The notes under the pieces: model-generated | Databases searched by the model: none | Told to the model about the DNA's origin: nothing | The model's input: the letters and a program-made list of their open reading frames with translations, nothing else | DNA from: an uncultured Gammaproteobacteria bacterium | Lineage (GTDB): Bacteria; Patescibacteriota; Microgenomatia; UBA8517 | Assembly (NCBI GenBank): GCA_964489145.1 | Contig: CAZAXL010000001.1 | Coordinates: 52,910 to 116,909, forward strand | Reading direction: 5' to 3' | DNA: 64,000 nt | Translations under genes and position numbers: made by a program | Part shown: one piece after another, positions 9,246 to 19,144 of the stretch | Layout: every line of letters starts with the position of its first letter | How positions within the stretch are numbered: position 1 is the first letter of the stretch

Positions 9246-9629
9246 TTACTCGACCGGTTCAATAAAAATCGGAGATAATCCATTTTCTTTCCTGATAATG
9301 TTGCAGTCGGAACATCCGATTGCGAAGTTGCGAGCGGCATATTCGCGCTCATCATGTTTCAGACAAGATCCATCAGAAAGTCTATTCGGACAAGGGCCGT
9401 TTATTACAAGTACGTAAAAATCTCCTCCCTCAAGACCTTTTCTGGAATATTCTGTGTAATACAAACTCTGCAGGTTATCTTTCTTAATTTGTGCAAGTTC
9501 TTTCATCGAATCAACGTGAATTGCTGTGGGGAAAACTCTGGTTTTTTCCGATTTTGTGATCTCAATATCAATATCCTGACAGCAAAAACCCGGACAACCG
9601 GATTTTACACAAGGATTTCTTTCGGGCAT
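9246..9629 (-). CDS. Cys-rich YkgJ-like (CxxCxxCC-type) metal-binding protein
   Basis: CVKSGCPGFCC, GPCPNRLSDGSC and CSDC; start overlaps the ftsZ stop. Confidence 0.65.
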   Translation of the reverse strand: MPERNPCVKSGCPGFCCQDIDIEITKSEKTRVFPTAIHVDSMKELAQIKKDNLQSLYYTEYSRKGLEGGDFYVLVINGPCPNRLSDGSCLKHDEREYAARNFAIGCSDCNIIRKENGLSPIFIEPVE

Positions 9630-10795
9630 TAGCGGATTTTCCTGAGGAACGCTGGGATCTCGAACTTTTCTCCAAAAACATCTTCATCTTTTCCCGAATT
9701 TCCGCCATTTTCCGGTGGCTCGTCACCTTCGTCTTCGTCTTCCCGTTTTTCAGTTATTGATCCAGTCGGCTCGCTGACAACGCCGGAAACTATTGGTCTT
9801 TGAACCGCCGTCTGGCTCATCTGGGCAAGATGGGATCTCGTTTCATCAAACCCCGTGGCAATAACGGTAATTTTGACCTGATCTGAAAGTTCAGATTTTA
9901 TAACGGCTCCAAAAATTACATTTGCATCCGGGTCGGCCGCCGAGGAAATAATTCTTGCCGCCTCATCTACCTCAAACATTGTAAGGTCATTGCCTCCGGC
10001 AACATTGAAAAGAACTCCGCGCGCACCCTCAATCGAAAGATCGAGAAGTGGTGAGGAAACTGCCGCTCTCGCTGCCATTTGGGCTCTATTCTCCCCGACT
10101 CCGGTTCCGATACCAAGAAGGGCACTTCCGGCGTCTTTCATAATTGCCTTGACGTCGGCAAAGTCTACGTTAACAAGTCCAGCGGTTGTAATAATATCGG
10201 CTATTCCCCCGACACCTTGTCCCAAAACCGAATCTACTACCTTAAAAGCCTCAAGAAGAGTCATCTTCCTGTCAATCACGTCCATAAGCCTCTGATTTGG
10301 GATTACTATCAGGGTATCCGTCGCCTCTTTTAGTCTTTCTATGCCGTCCTCCGCTGCGATCATTCTTCTTGTTCCCTCAAAAGCAAAGGGTTTTGTGACG
10401 ACTCCTATAGTCAAAGCTCCCGCCTCTTTGGCAAGCTGGGCTACAATCGAAGCCGCTCCAGTTCCGGTTCCCCCGCCCATTCCCGCGGTAACAAATACCA
10501 TCTCCGTATCAATAAGAAGTTCTTTAATTTTTTCAACGGATTCCTCCGCTGCCTGACGGCCAACTTCAGGATTGCCCCCAACTCCCAAACCTTTGGTCAA
10601 CTTTTCACCGATTTGAAGTTTTGTTGGGGCTTTATTGTTAAGAAGAACTTGCGCGTCCGTATTTATGGCGACAAACTCCACGCCGTTGACCGTGCCAGAT
10701 TCTATCATTGAAGATATTGCGTTTCCGCCTCCACCACCGACGCCAATTACTTTGATTTTTGCTATTCTTGCGGAATCCGGTTTAACAAGTGCCAT
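9629..10795 (-). CDS. ftsZ: Cell division GTPase FtsZ
   Basis: [16 protein letters not shown] tubulin signature, NVDFAD and C-terminal EIPAFLRK. Confidence 0.99.
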   Translation of the reverse strand: MALVKPDSARIAKIKVIGVGGGGGNAISSMIESGTVNGVEFVAINTDAQVLLNNKAPTKLQIGEKLTKGLGVGGNPEVGRQAAEESVEKIKELLIDTEMVFVTAGMGGGTGTGAASIVAQLAKEAGALTIGVVTKPFAFEGTRRMIAAEDGIERLKEATDTLIVIPNQRLMDVIDRKMTLLEAFKVVDSVLGQGVGGIADIITTAGLVNVDFADVKAIMKDAGSALLGIGTGVGENRAQMAARAAVSSPLLDLSIEGARGVLFNVAGGNDLTMFEVDEAARIISSAADPDANVIFGAVIKSELSDQVKITVIATGFDETRSHLAQMSQTAVQRPIVSGVVSEPTGSITEKREDEDEGDEPPENGGNSGKDEDVFGEKFEIPAFLRKIR

Positions 10796-10869
10796 AAAAT
10801 TTATATTTTATAATTTATAATAAAAAACTATACGTGGCAGAATTGTACCTTGGGCAGAAGGAAAACACA

Positions 10870-10889
10870 AGCCTGCCTACTGGCAGGCT
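10870..10889. repeat. GC-rich palindrome between ftsA and ftsZ
   Basis: AGCCTGCC-TACT-GGCAGGCT forms a perfect 8-bp stem; no clear U-tract follows. Confidence 0.7.
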
Positions 10890-10891
10890 AA

Positions 10892-12154
10892 CTATGGTAA
10901 AAGATTTTTAATGTTGTCAATCAGTTTACCAAAAACTCCAACCGAGGGTAGTTTCATCTTTTTTGAGAAACTTGTCAAGTTCTCCGCAGGCCTCGCTTTT
11001 GCCCCATAACGCAAGAGTCCTACACAAGTTGAAAATGAAGGGGTGATGACGTCATCAATCAGCCCTCCCACGCCTTTGGGTACGCCAATTCTTACCGGAA
11101 CGGAAAGAACGCGTCTGGCAGAGTCGACTGCCCCCGCGGTTTCAGCTCCGCCTCCGGTAATTATCGCCCCTGAAGGAATCCTGTTGACAACTCCTTCTTT
11201 TTCAAGTTCTAACTTAACCATGGAAAAAATTTCATTTAATCGCGGCCTGATTATTCCCTCAACTAGAGTCTTTTTGGATATTTTCCTGATCTCTGTAATA
11301 TTCAGCCCGGCCAGATCCAGTTCATCGCTTTCCTCTTTGTCTTTTTTCTTTTCATCGGAAAGAGCTATTTTGATTTTCTCAGCTGTTTCCAGAGAAACCC
11401 TAAGGCCAATCGCCAAATCATTGGTCACATTTCTGGCTCCAATCGGGATAACTCCCGAATAAACAATTGCGCCTTCCATATATGCGGCAATAGAAGTGGT
11501 ACCTCCTCCGATATCTATAAGGACACATCCCAGTTCTTTTTCGGTGGGGGTTAGTACCGCCTCGGCTGAGGCTAGTCCCGAAAAAACCGTTTCTTCAATT
11601 TTTATTCCAACCTCGTTTATGGCTTTTTTGGCATTTTTCAAAGCGGCCGAGGCTGCCGAAACTATATGGGTATCAACCTCAAGCCTTACCCCGCTCATGC
11701 CGACAGCGTCGCGTACACCGGACTCTCCGTCAACAATAAATTCTCTGGGAACTACAAAAATAACCTCACGGGATACCGGCAGAGAAATCGCGGATGCGGC
11801 TTCGATTGCCCTATCAACATCACTCTCCGTTATTTCACCATTAGGGTCCGACACGGCCACAACCCCATGTGAATTTTGTGAATGGATATGGGCACCTCCT
11901 ATGGAAACGTAAGCCGTTTCAAGATTGTATCCCGCCATGCGCTCGGCGGCCTCTATTGAGGTAATGGTTGCCTCGACTGCCTCTTCAATGTCCACAATCT
12001 GTCCTTTTTTAATTCCTTTGGATTCCGACTGTGAGGCACCAACCACATTAATTGAAGTTTCACCCGTCACAGGATCCCCGATTACTTGACCTACGAGGGT
12101 CGCGATTTTACTCGACCCCATGTCTATAGCAGCAACTATTCTTGGTTTACTCAT
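10892..12154 (-). CDS. ftsA: Cell division protein FtsA
   Basis: AIDMGSSKI, GIKKGQIVD, IDIGGGTT and TGGGA; lies upstream of ftsZ. Confidence 0.98.
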   Translation of the reverse strand: MSKPRIVAAIDMGSSKIATLVGQVIGDPVTGETSINVVGASQSESKGIKKGQIVDIEEAVEATITSIEAAERMAGYNLETAYVSIGGAHIHSQNSHGVVAVSDPNGEITESDVDRAIEAASAISLPVSREVIFVVPREFIVDGESGVRDAVGMSGVRLEVDTHIVSAASAALKNAKKAINEVGIKIEETVFSGLASAEAVLTPTEKELGCVLIDIGGGTTSIAAYMEGAIVYSGVIPIGARNVTNDLAIGLRVSLETAEKIKIALSDEKKKDKEESDELDLAGLNITEIRKISKKTLVEGIIRPRLNEIFSMVKLELEKEGVVNRIPSGAIITGGGAETAGAVDSARRVLSVPVRIGVPKGVGGLIDDVITPSFSTCVGLLRYGAKARPAENLTSFSKKMKLPSVGVFGKLIDNIKNLLP

Positions 12155-12180
12155 TTTTTTAATTAGATCACTTTGATTAC

Positions 12181-12852
12181 TTATCTTAATACAGGATTTC
12201 TGTAACGCAAGTCAATCTGCGAATACAAAGTTTTATTTTCTCCGCTTTGAATATTCGAGTATATAAGCCTCAGGGAACCTAAGAGGATCTCCCTATCGGC
12301 ACCCACTAAAGGAAATATTACTCTGATAGGGCCTGTCAGATCAACAAGCAAAGTATCTCCTTCGATAGTACTTGATCCTATTTGATACATTTTATATACA
12401 CCGTCGGTAAGTTGTAAAGCAAAAAAATCTTTATCATTAACTCTTTCCCCTTCTTTAGGCAAACTGCCGCCCGTAATTACCCTGGGTAGAGAAGTTTCAC
12501 CGGATACATTAAGTACATATCCGTCTTTATCAACAAGGGCAAAAGTCTCAGAGGATTTGTTTTTTAGGGCAAATACGGGTTTTTTTATAATCAAGTCAAC
12601 CCTTAAGATGTTCGGAAGCTTGAATTGAATCGTAAATCCTGAAACCAAAAAGTTTGATTTTAAATTTTTCTTAATCTCTCTTTCGGCAAAAAACATTGTT
12701 TTTCCGTTTAGAGGGGTTAATCGGTCGGAAATTGCCGGCGGACAAGCCCCAAATTGGGTCTTACAATCTATCCGGATTTTTATAAAAAATCTGGGAAGAA
12801 ATATCACCAAAACCAGTAAAAACAGGGCTAACGGCAGGATAATTTTTTTCAC
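12181..12852 (-). CDS. ftsQ: FtsQ/DivIB-like cell division protein
   Basis: N-terminal TM helix, KLPNILRV, LVDKDG and C-terminal IDLRY; lies between murG and ftsA. Confidence 0.7.
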   Translation of the reverse strand: MKKIILPLALFLLVLVIFLPRFFIKIRIDCKTQFGACPPAISDRLTPLNGKTMFFAEREIKKNLKSNFLVSGFTIQFKLPNILRVDLIIKKPVFALKNKSSETFALVDKDGYVLNVSGETSLPRVITGGSLPKEGERVNDKDFFALQLTDGVYKMYQIGSSTIEGDTLLVDLTGPIRVIFPLVGADREILLGSLRLIYSNIQSGENKTLYSQIDLRYRNPVLR

Positions 12853-13952
12853 TTCATATAGTTTCCGACCAAATTTACAAGACTCTTGGATGCCCCAAAA
12901 TCCGGGCTTATCTTTCCCTTTACGTTCTTGATAATTTCAGGAAACTTGATGATCCTGTTTTCGATTGCGCTGAGGAGCTTTTCGGGGGTTAGCTTGTCCT
13001 GGGGAATTATTTCGGCAATCCCCCATTTTTTGGCAATTTTTGCATTCTCGGTCTGCTCATCAAGGAAGCTTATGGGAAGAGGGATCAAAATTGCGGGACG
13101 TTTGACCAGCATTATCTCGGACACCGTATTGGCTCCGGCCCGGCTGACAACAACTGAGGCTTGAGAATAAATTTTCGAAATCTCCAAAGGATTAACGCGT
13201 ATAAAAACTTCATAATTATCCCTTAAGGCCTGGGGGAGCTTTTGCTTAATATCGGAGAACTTCAGATAGTCAATGCCTCCGGTTTGGTGAATTATTTTAT
13301 ATTTGGTCAAAAGTGTCCTTAGAATTTTCTCGAGAGCCAGATTGATGCTTTGCGAACCACGCGATCCTCCAGTAACAAAAATCACAGGCGGGTCCGCCGG
13401 TTTTTCGGCCGGCTTAACCATTCTTATATCTTTCATTACAGGGTTTCCCGTAATTTCGCACTTGGAGCCCAGGAAATACTTTTTACTTTCACTCCTGGCC
13501 AGAGTAATTCTGGCGGCAAACCTTGCGGAGGCCAAATTTGCCCGTCCGGCGGCTGAAGTTTGTTCATGAATAATAACCGGGATTCCCAAAAGTTTAGCAT
13601 TAAATACGACAGGAAAAGAAGCAAATCCGCCAAATGAAAGCACCGTCTTTGGTTTGATCTTCACCAGGTAATAGAGGGACTGAACAAAGCCTATCGGAAT
13701 TTTTAAATACGATGGGATAGTCCACACGGTAAACCTTCGCTGAAGCCTGCCTGTGGTCAACGGCAAAAATTTTACGCCAAGCCGAGGCAAAACTTCGGAT
13801 TCCAGCGTCACAACTTTTTTCCCCTCAATCGCATTTTTTACCCCAATCCAGTAGAGCCTCCAGTCTTTATTCTGCGATTTTATTTCCTCAACAACTGCAA
13901 CTGCGGTTGTTGCGGCATGTCCGCCGGTAAGAACCAGTCTATTTTTGCTCAT
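12849..13952 (-). CDS. murG: Lipid II GlcNAc transferase MurG
   Basis: TGGH, IHEQ, TGNP, GGSRGS, SRAGANT and QTENA. Confidence 0.95.
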   Translation of the reverse strand: MSKNRLVLTGGHAATTAVAVVEEIKSQNKDWRLYWIGVKNAIEGKKVVTLESEVLPRLGVKFLPLTTGRLQRRFTVWTIPSYLKIPIGFVQSLYYLVKIKPKTVLSFGGFASFPVVFNAKLLGIPVIIHEQTSAAGRANLASARFAARITLARSESKKYFLGSKCEITGNPVMKDIRMVKPAEKPADPPVIFVTGGSRGSQSINLALEKILRTLLTKYKIIHQTGGIDYLKFSDIKQKLPQALRDNYEVFIRVNPLEISKIYSQASVVVSRAGANTVSEIMLVKRPAILIPLPISFLDEQTENAKIAKKWGIAEIIPQDKLTPEKLLSAIENRIIKFPEIIKNVKGKISPDFGASKSLVNLVGNYMK

Positions 13953-15045
13953 GGGTCGTAAATTTCGATATATTTAGTAGTATACCGCAAGCGGAAAGTA
14001 TCATCACCAAACTGCTTCCCCCATAGGAAAAAAACGGCAAAGGGATTCCGGTTAAAGGGACCAGTGAAACCATCGAGCCAATATTTAAAAACGCCTGTCC
14101 GCCAATCCATGCCGAAATTCCGACGGCGAGGACTGAAGCAAATTTATCCGGCGCGTTTTTGGCAATTCGAAGCCCTCTAATCACAAAAAACACAAAAAGG
14201 AATATGATAACCGAGGCGCCTACCAAACCCAATTCCTCGGCAATTACGGCAAAAATAGAGTCTGTTGAGGCTTCAGGTAAAAATGAATATTTTTGGCGTG
14301 ATGCGCCAAAACCAACCCCGAAAATTCCTCCCGAACCAAGCGCTAAAAGAACTTGTCTAATATGATAAGACTTACCCAAAGGGTCGGCTGTACTTTCCAA
14401 AAATGTCGATAATCTGGCGCGTCTGTAGGGAGAGGCCAGAATTAACAAGAATGTGGCCAGGCTCCCGGCCGCTGCCGCCCCTATGACATAAAGAAGGCCT
14501 ACATCCGCCACAAAAATCTGGGAAAATCCTATAACCAGGACCACAAGTGTTGTCCCCAAATCGGGTTGCAGCATAATGAGCCCTGCGATTAGCACTAGTG
14601 GAATAAAATACGCAAGCGGGGATTTTTTACTTGCGGCAACTTTGGCAAGATATATTGCAACCGTAAATTTCACAAGTTCCGAGGGCTGAAAGTTAACGGG
14701 GCCAAAACTGATCCAGCGCCTGGCTCCAAGCGCCGAAATGCCAAAGCGCTGCAACAAAACCAGAACAAGAAGTATTAAAGAAAGAAAGAAAAGTGGTGTT
14801 CCTATTTTTTCCCAAAAAGTATATTTTATTCTCGAAACAACAAAAAAAGCCGCCATCCCGATACCGGCTGAGAGAATTTGCTGCTTCAACAAATAAAATT
14901 TATCTCCGTAGTTGCTTAAGGATTGCGGAGCCGAAACATCGGCAACCGCAATTATTCCCAGGACAACGAATGCTATGACAAGAAAAAATAATTTATTGTC
15001 AAAAGACTTGTTTTGCTTTGAAAGTGTCAGTTTTCTATTTCTCAC
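13939..15045 (-). CDS. ftsW: SEDS protein FtsW
   Basis: GARRWI, QPSE, QPDLGT, LPEASTD and GIPLPFFSYGGSS; lies between mraY and murG. Confidence 0.95.
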   Translation of the reverse strand: MRNRKLTLSKQNKSFDNKLFFLVIAFVVLGIIAVADVSAPQSLSNYGDKFYLLKQQILSAGIGMAAFFVVSRIKYTFWEKIGTPLFFLSLILLVLVLLQRFGISALGARRWISFGPVNFQPSELVKFTVAIYLAKVAASKKSPLAYFIPLVLIAGLIMLQPDLGTTLVVLVIGFSQIFVADVGLLYVIGAAAAGSLATFLLILASPYRRARLSTFLESTADPLGKSYHIRQVLLALGSGGIFGVGFGASRQKYSFLPEASTDSIFAVIAEELGLVGASVIIFLFVFFVIRGLRIAKNAPDKFASVLAVGISAWIGGQAFLNIGSMVSLVPLTGIPLPFFSYGGSSLVMILSACGILLNISKFTTHEQK

Positions 15046-15056
15046 TTAAGATAAAC

Positions 15057-16106
15057 TTACATTGTCGCCAGCCAGAGTCCGAACACTCCCAAAAGAAGGC
15101 CCAGAATCCATGCACGTATAACAATTTTGGGCTCTTTCCAGCCTCTTGCCAGAAAAGTGTGGTGAATTGGAGCCAAAGGAAAGATGGGTCTTTTCAAATA
15201 TTTCCAACCCAAAATTTGAATAAGAGAAGTGGTGGCTTCAATGACAAAAATTCCCCCGACGACAACAAGCGCCAAGATTTTTCCTGTAATAAGACCTATT
15301 ACCGCCAGCATTGCCCCAAAAGAAAGGGCTCCGGCATCCCCCAGAAAAATTCTTGCCGGCCAGACATTAAAGTATAAAAACGCGAATAGAGCACCCACCC
15401 AGAGTGAAATAAAGAAGAGAAGCGGAGTATCCAGATTTCCGATTGCAATTACTTCAAATACGCCAAGGCAGATCAGCAAAAGCCCTGTGGAGAGTCCGTC
15501 AAGTCCGTCGGTAATATTAAAGGCGTTTGAAAACGCGACGATAACGAAAGCCGAAAACGGTATATACCATATACCCAAATCCCAAACCATATCAAAGCCG
15601 GGAATGTTGACGATATGAACTCCTAAATATTTATATATGAAAAAACCCAAAAGAAGACCAAGGATCCACTGTAAAATGAATTTTTGTCTGCGTCTGAGGC
15701 CAAACCAAAGTCCTAAAACGCCTTTTGTGGGCTTGCTGAAAACTTTCAAAAGATCATCGGACAATCCAAGAAGCCCAAAAGAAATAAAAGCAAAAAATAT
15801 TACAAAAAGCTCCGCTCTCAGCGAAAACGAACTTTTGACAAAAAGTCCTAAAAATGATGCCAGCGGGAAAGAAATCGCAAAAAGTATTGTAACTACAGCA
15901 ATAATCAAAATTCCACCCCCTACAGGAGTGCCTTCTTTAATATCGTGAAGTTTATCAAAAAGAGGCACTTTTCCATGTTCCGGAGCCTCTTTCCTTCTTG
16001 TAAGCTTCAACCTATAAAGCAAATTAATAAAGGGGACTATCAATACACCGCAGATAAGAAAGGAGAAAATTATAAGCCCCAAATTTAGAGTTAAATAGTT
16101 TGTCAT
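15057..16106 (-). CDS. mraY: Phospho-MurNAc-pentapeptide transferase
   Basis: KEGTPVGGG, SDD, NITDGLDGL, IFLGDAG and APIHH. Confidence 0.97.
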   Translation of the reverse strand: MTNYLTLNLGLIIFSFLICGVLIVPFINLLYRLKLTRRKEAPEHGKVPLFDKLHDIKEGTPVGGGILIIAVVTILFAISFPLASFLGLFVKSSFSLRAELFVIFFAFISFGLLGLSDDLLKVFSKPTKGVLGLWFGLRRRQKFILQWILGLLLGFFIYKYLGVHIVNIPGFDMVWDLGIWYIPFSAFVIVAFSNAFNITDGLDGLSTGLLLICLGVFEVIAIGNLDTPLLFFISLWVGALFAFLYFNVWPARIFLGDAGALSFGAMLAVIGLITGKILALVVVGGIFVIEATTSLIQILGWKYLKRPIFPLAPIHHTFLARGWKEPKIVIRAWILGLLLGVFGLWLATM

Positions 16107-16132
16107 ACGGACCAGTTAGATTATAACAGCAT

Positions 16133-17353
16133 TCATTTTAAGGCATCAACAAGCTTGTCAAGATGAATGGAGCGTGAACCCTTTACAAAAAGGGCAGAAT
16201 TTTTGTCCAAAATTGGCTTAACAATCTCCAAAGCTTCAAGATAATCCGCCACTAAAAAGCAATTTTTATTTCCCCACTCACGGGAGGCTTCGTCTACCAT
16301 AAATCTTGCGGCATTGCCGACTCCGATAACGCAGTCAAATTTCATTTTTCCGACTTTTTTACCAAGTTCTCTGTGTGCACTTTCCTCAAATTTACCCAGC
16401 TCGAGCATGTCTCCAATTACAGCTATTTTCTTTTTACCCTTGGAAACTATCTCAAAAGTATCCAGGGATTCATTCGCCGCTTTAGGATTGCTGTTATAGC
16501 TGTCATCAAATATAATTCCGTACAACTTACTTCTAAAAATATTAAGCCTATGAGTCGGAGGCTTAAAAAGTTCTATTCCCCGGACAATTTGATTAATGCC
16601 TATACCAAGACTGTCGGCTGCGGCGGCAGAAGCCAGGGCATTGCTCACAAATTGGCTTCCCAATGCTTTCATATGAACAGTTTTTGTACTCTCATTAATT
16701 ACTAGGGTAAAATTAGTACTCAAATCAGGATTCAATCTGATATTTTTTGCATAAATATTGGCAGTGTTACCAAAAAATGCGACTTTACACGCCTCGCCAT
16801 TCCCCAGTGAGCATACCAGTTTGTCTTCTTTGTTAAGTATGGCTATACCATCAACGGATAGTCCCCTGATTAGTTTTCCTTTTTCACAAGCAACACCTTT
16901 TTCGTCCCCTAAAAATTGAGTGTGGGTAGCAGCGATATTGGTTATGATTCCAACGTCGGGCTTCGCAAGCCAGAGGTAATAATCCATTTCGTTTACATAT
17001 TCCACCGACATTTCAAGGATTAAATATTTTGTATCCGGAGTTGATCTGAGAATCGTGTTGGGGATATTATAAACAGGGTCTACCCCCTCCGCCGACCAAA
17101 CCGTTTTACCGACTCTACTAAGGATTGACGCTAAAATTTCGGTGGTGGTGGTCTTGCCGGTACTACCTGTAATGCCAATTACTTTAATATTTGTGTGTTT
17201 TTGCAAATACTTCAAGTAGGTTCTGGCAAGTCTTCTTTTAATCGGATGCGTCAGCCATTGGGAGACAAAATTATGCCTGGCAAATACATCTTCCGGGGGA
17301 AGCTTTGGAGTTACCCACCATTTGAGGACGGGGTTAATTTTTTTCGATTGCAT
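16133..17353 (-). CDS. murF: UDP-MurNAc-tripeptide:D-Ala-D-Ala ligase with an atypical N-terminus
   Basis: GITGSTGKTTT, DDSYNSNP, GDMLELG and KGSR. Confidence 0.92.
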   Translation of the reverse strand: MQSKKINPVLKWWVTPKLPPEDVFARHNFVSQWLTHPIKRRLARTYLKYLQKHTNIKVIGITGSTGKTTTTEILASILSRVGKTVWSAEGVDPVYNIPNTILRSTPDTKYLILEMSVEYVNEMDYYLWLAKPDVGIITNIAATHTQFLGDEKGVACEKGKLIRGLSVDGIAILNKEDKLVCSLGNGEACKVAFFGNTANIYAKNIRLNPDLSTNFTLVINESTKTVHMKALGSQFVSNALASAAAADSLGIGINQIVRGIELFKPPTHRLNIFRSKLYGIIFDDSYNSNPKAANESLDTFEIVSKGKKKIAVIGDMLELGKFEESAHRELGKKVGKMKFDCVIGVGNAARFMVDEASREWGNKNCFLVADYLEALEIVKPILDKNSALFVKGSRSIHLDKLVDALK

Positions 17354-17387
17354 CTTTAATCATTTTACATCAGCAAGGCTGATGATT

Positions 17388-18317
17388 CTACGACTTGACT
17401 AAGTCGATGATTATATCGAGCAGACGGGGATATGAAATACCCGCTGCTTTTGCCGCCTTGGGAAAAAGAGACATCGGCGTAAGTCCAGGTATTGTATTGA
17501 TTTCCAAAACAACAGGAATCCTGCCGTCCTTTAAAATAAAATCAACTCTTCCAAAGCCACGGCATCCGACAATCCTGTAAACTTCCAGCGCAATTTTCTG
17601 GATTTTTTCCGTAAGGGTTTTCGAAATTCTAGCCGGAACTATTTCTTCCGACCCGCTTTCGGCATATTTTGATTCATAATCAAAAAAGCTTCCTTTTAGG
17701 GGTTTAATTTCCACGACCGGAAGTGCTATCGGTTTATCGTTGCCTATAACAGCACAGGTAAACTCTCTTCCTTTTATATATTTATCCACTAAAATTCTGT
17801 TGTCATACTTAAACGCCAGGTTCATGGATTTTTTAAGCTCCTTTAAATTTTTTGCCGGCGAAACACCTATCGAGGAACCTCCCTCGACCGGTTTCACAAA
17901 GTAAGGCGGAGCACCCAATGTTTTATAAACACTTTGATATTTTTCACCCTTCTTTAAAAACACATATTCGGGAATGAGTACTTTATGAAAATTCATTAAC
18001 TCCCGGAAAACTTCCTTATCCATTCCAATGGCAGACGCAAGCACGCCCGAACCAACGTATGAAATACCCATTGCTTCAAGGAAACCCTGAATTTTTCCAT
18101 CCTCTCCATATTTTCCGTGAAGGGCTAAAAAGGCGACATCCGGATCAATTTTGACAATTTTATTTAGTCCTTTTCCGTCTTTCGAAATTACCAGAGGATA
18201 AGCCAGATATTTCTTCTTATTTAAGTTTTTTATAACTTCCTTGCCGGACACTATTGATACCTCATGTTCCGATGACTTGCCACCCATTAGTACTGCTATT
18301 TTTAGTTTCTTTTTCAT
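17388..18317 (-). CDS. ddl: D-alanine--D-alanine ligase
   Basis: GGKSSEHEVS, LHGKYGEDG, GGSSIG, DYESKY omega loop and EINTIPG. Confidence 0.97.
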   Translation of the reverse strand: MKKKLKIAVLMGGKSSEHEVSIVSGKEVIKNLNKKKYLAYPLVISKDGKGLNKIVKIDPDVAFLALHGKYGEDGKIQGFLEAMGISYVGSGVLASAIGMDKEVFRELMNFHKVLIPEYVFLKKGEKYQSVYKTLGAPPYFVKPVEGGSSIGVSPAKNLKELKKSMNLAFKYDNRILVDKYIKGREFTCAVIGNDKPIALPVVEIKPLKGSFFDYESKYAESGSEEIVPARISKTLTEKIQKIALEVYRIVGCRGFGRVDFILKDGRIPVVLEINTIPGLTPMSLFPKAAKAAGISYPRLLDIIIDLVKS

Positions 18318-19126
18318 TTTGCCAGTTCTACAATTTTTAAATCATTTTTTATCTTTTTCCCCAGAAACATCTCCGCAACCTTTGTGAATCTATCCGTAAG
18401 ATCCGTAACATAGAAGTCAGCAGCTCCCTGTTTTTTTTGCCTGTTCAATAAATTATTTTTTTTAAAAAAATCAAAAACTTCTTTTGCGACAGATTTTCCG
18501 GGATTGATTAAGGTAACACCCTTACCCATTGTTTCACTAATAATATTTTTGATGATGGGGTAGTGAGTACAACCCATGATTAGGGTATCTACTTTTTGTT
18601 TCTTAAGTTCGGACAAATACCCTTTTGCAATAATCTTTAGCGCCTTACCCTCTATCTCCCCTTCTTCAATAAAAGGGACAAAGAGGGGGCACGCTTTTTC
18701 AATAACTTTTGCCCGGGACAAATTTTTGGAGATATTTTTAGCGTAGGCATGGCTCCCTACGGTTCCGTATGTCCCGATAACCCCGATCGAACGGGTGCCT
18801 CGCAAAACTTCATTGGAAGCCGAGCTTATCACCTCAAATATCGGAATTTTTGGAAAAGTACTTTTCAGGAAGTCCGCCGCAACTGCCGAAGATGTGTTAC
18901 AGGCAATTACTACCGCTTTAACATTCTCTCCTATTAAAAATCTGGTATTTTCTTCGGAAAATCGCTTAATTGTTTCTACTCCGCGCGGGCCGTAAGGAAC
19001 CCTGGCGGTATCGCCCAAATACACCAAGTTTTCGTGCGGTAAAATTTTGGTTAGTTCTTTAACTACCGTTAAGCCCCCAAGGCCCGAGTCAAAAACCCCG
19101 ATAGGCTTGCCTTGCTCCTTTTGCAT
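18314..19126 (-). CDS. murI: Glutamate racemase
   Basis: FDSGLGGLTV, IACNTSS and GCTHYP (two catalytic Cys). Confidence 0.97.
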   Translation of the reverse strand: MQKEQGKPIGVFDSGLGGLTVVKELTKILPHENLVYLGDTARVPYGPRGVETIKRFSEENTRFLIGENVKAVVIACNTSSAVAADFLKSTFPKIPIFEVISSASNEVLRGTRSIGVIGTYGTVGSHAYAKNISKNLSRAKVIEKACPLFVPFIEEGEIEGKALKIIAKGYLSELKKQKVDTLIMGCTHYPIIKNIISETMGKGVTLINPGKSVAKEVFDFFKKNNLLNRQKKQGAADFYVTDLTDRFTKVAEMFLGKKIKNDLKIVELAK

Positions 19127-19144
19127 AAGGGTATTATATGATAA

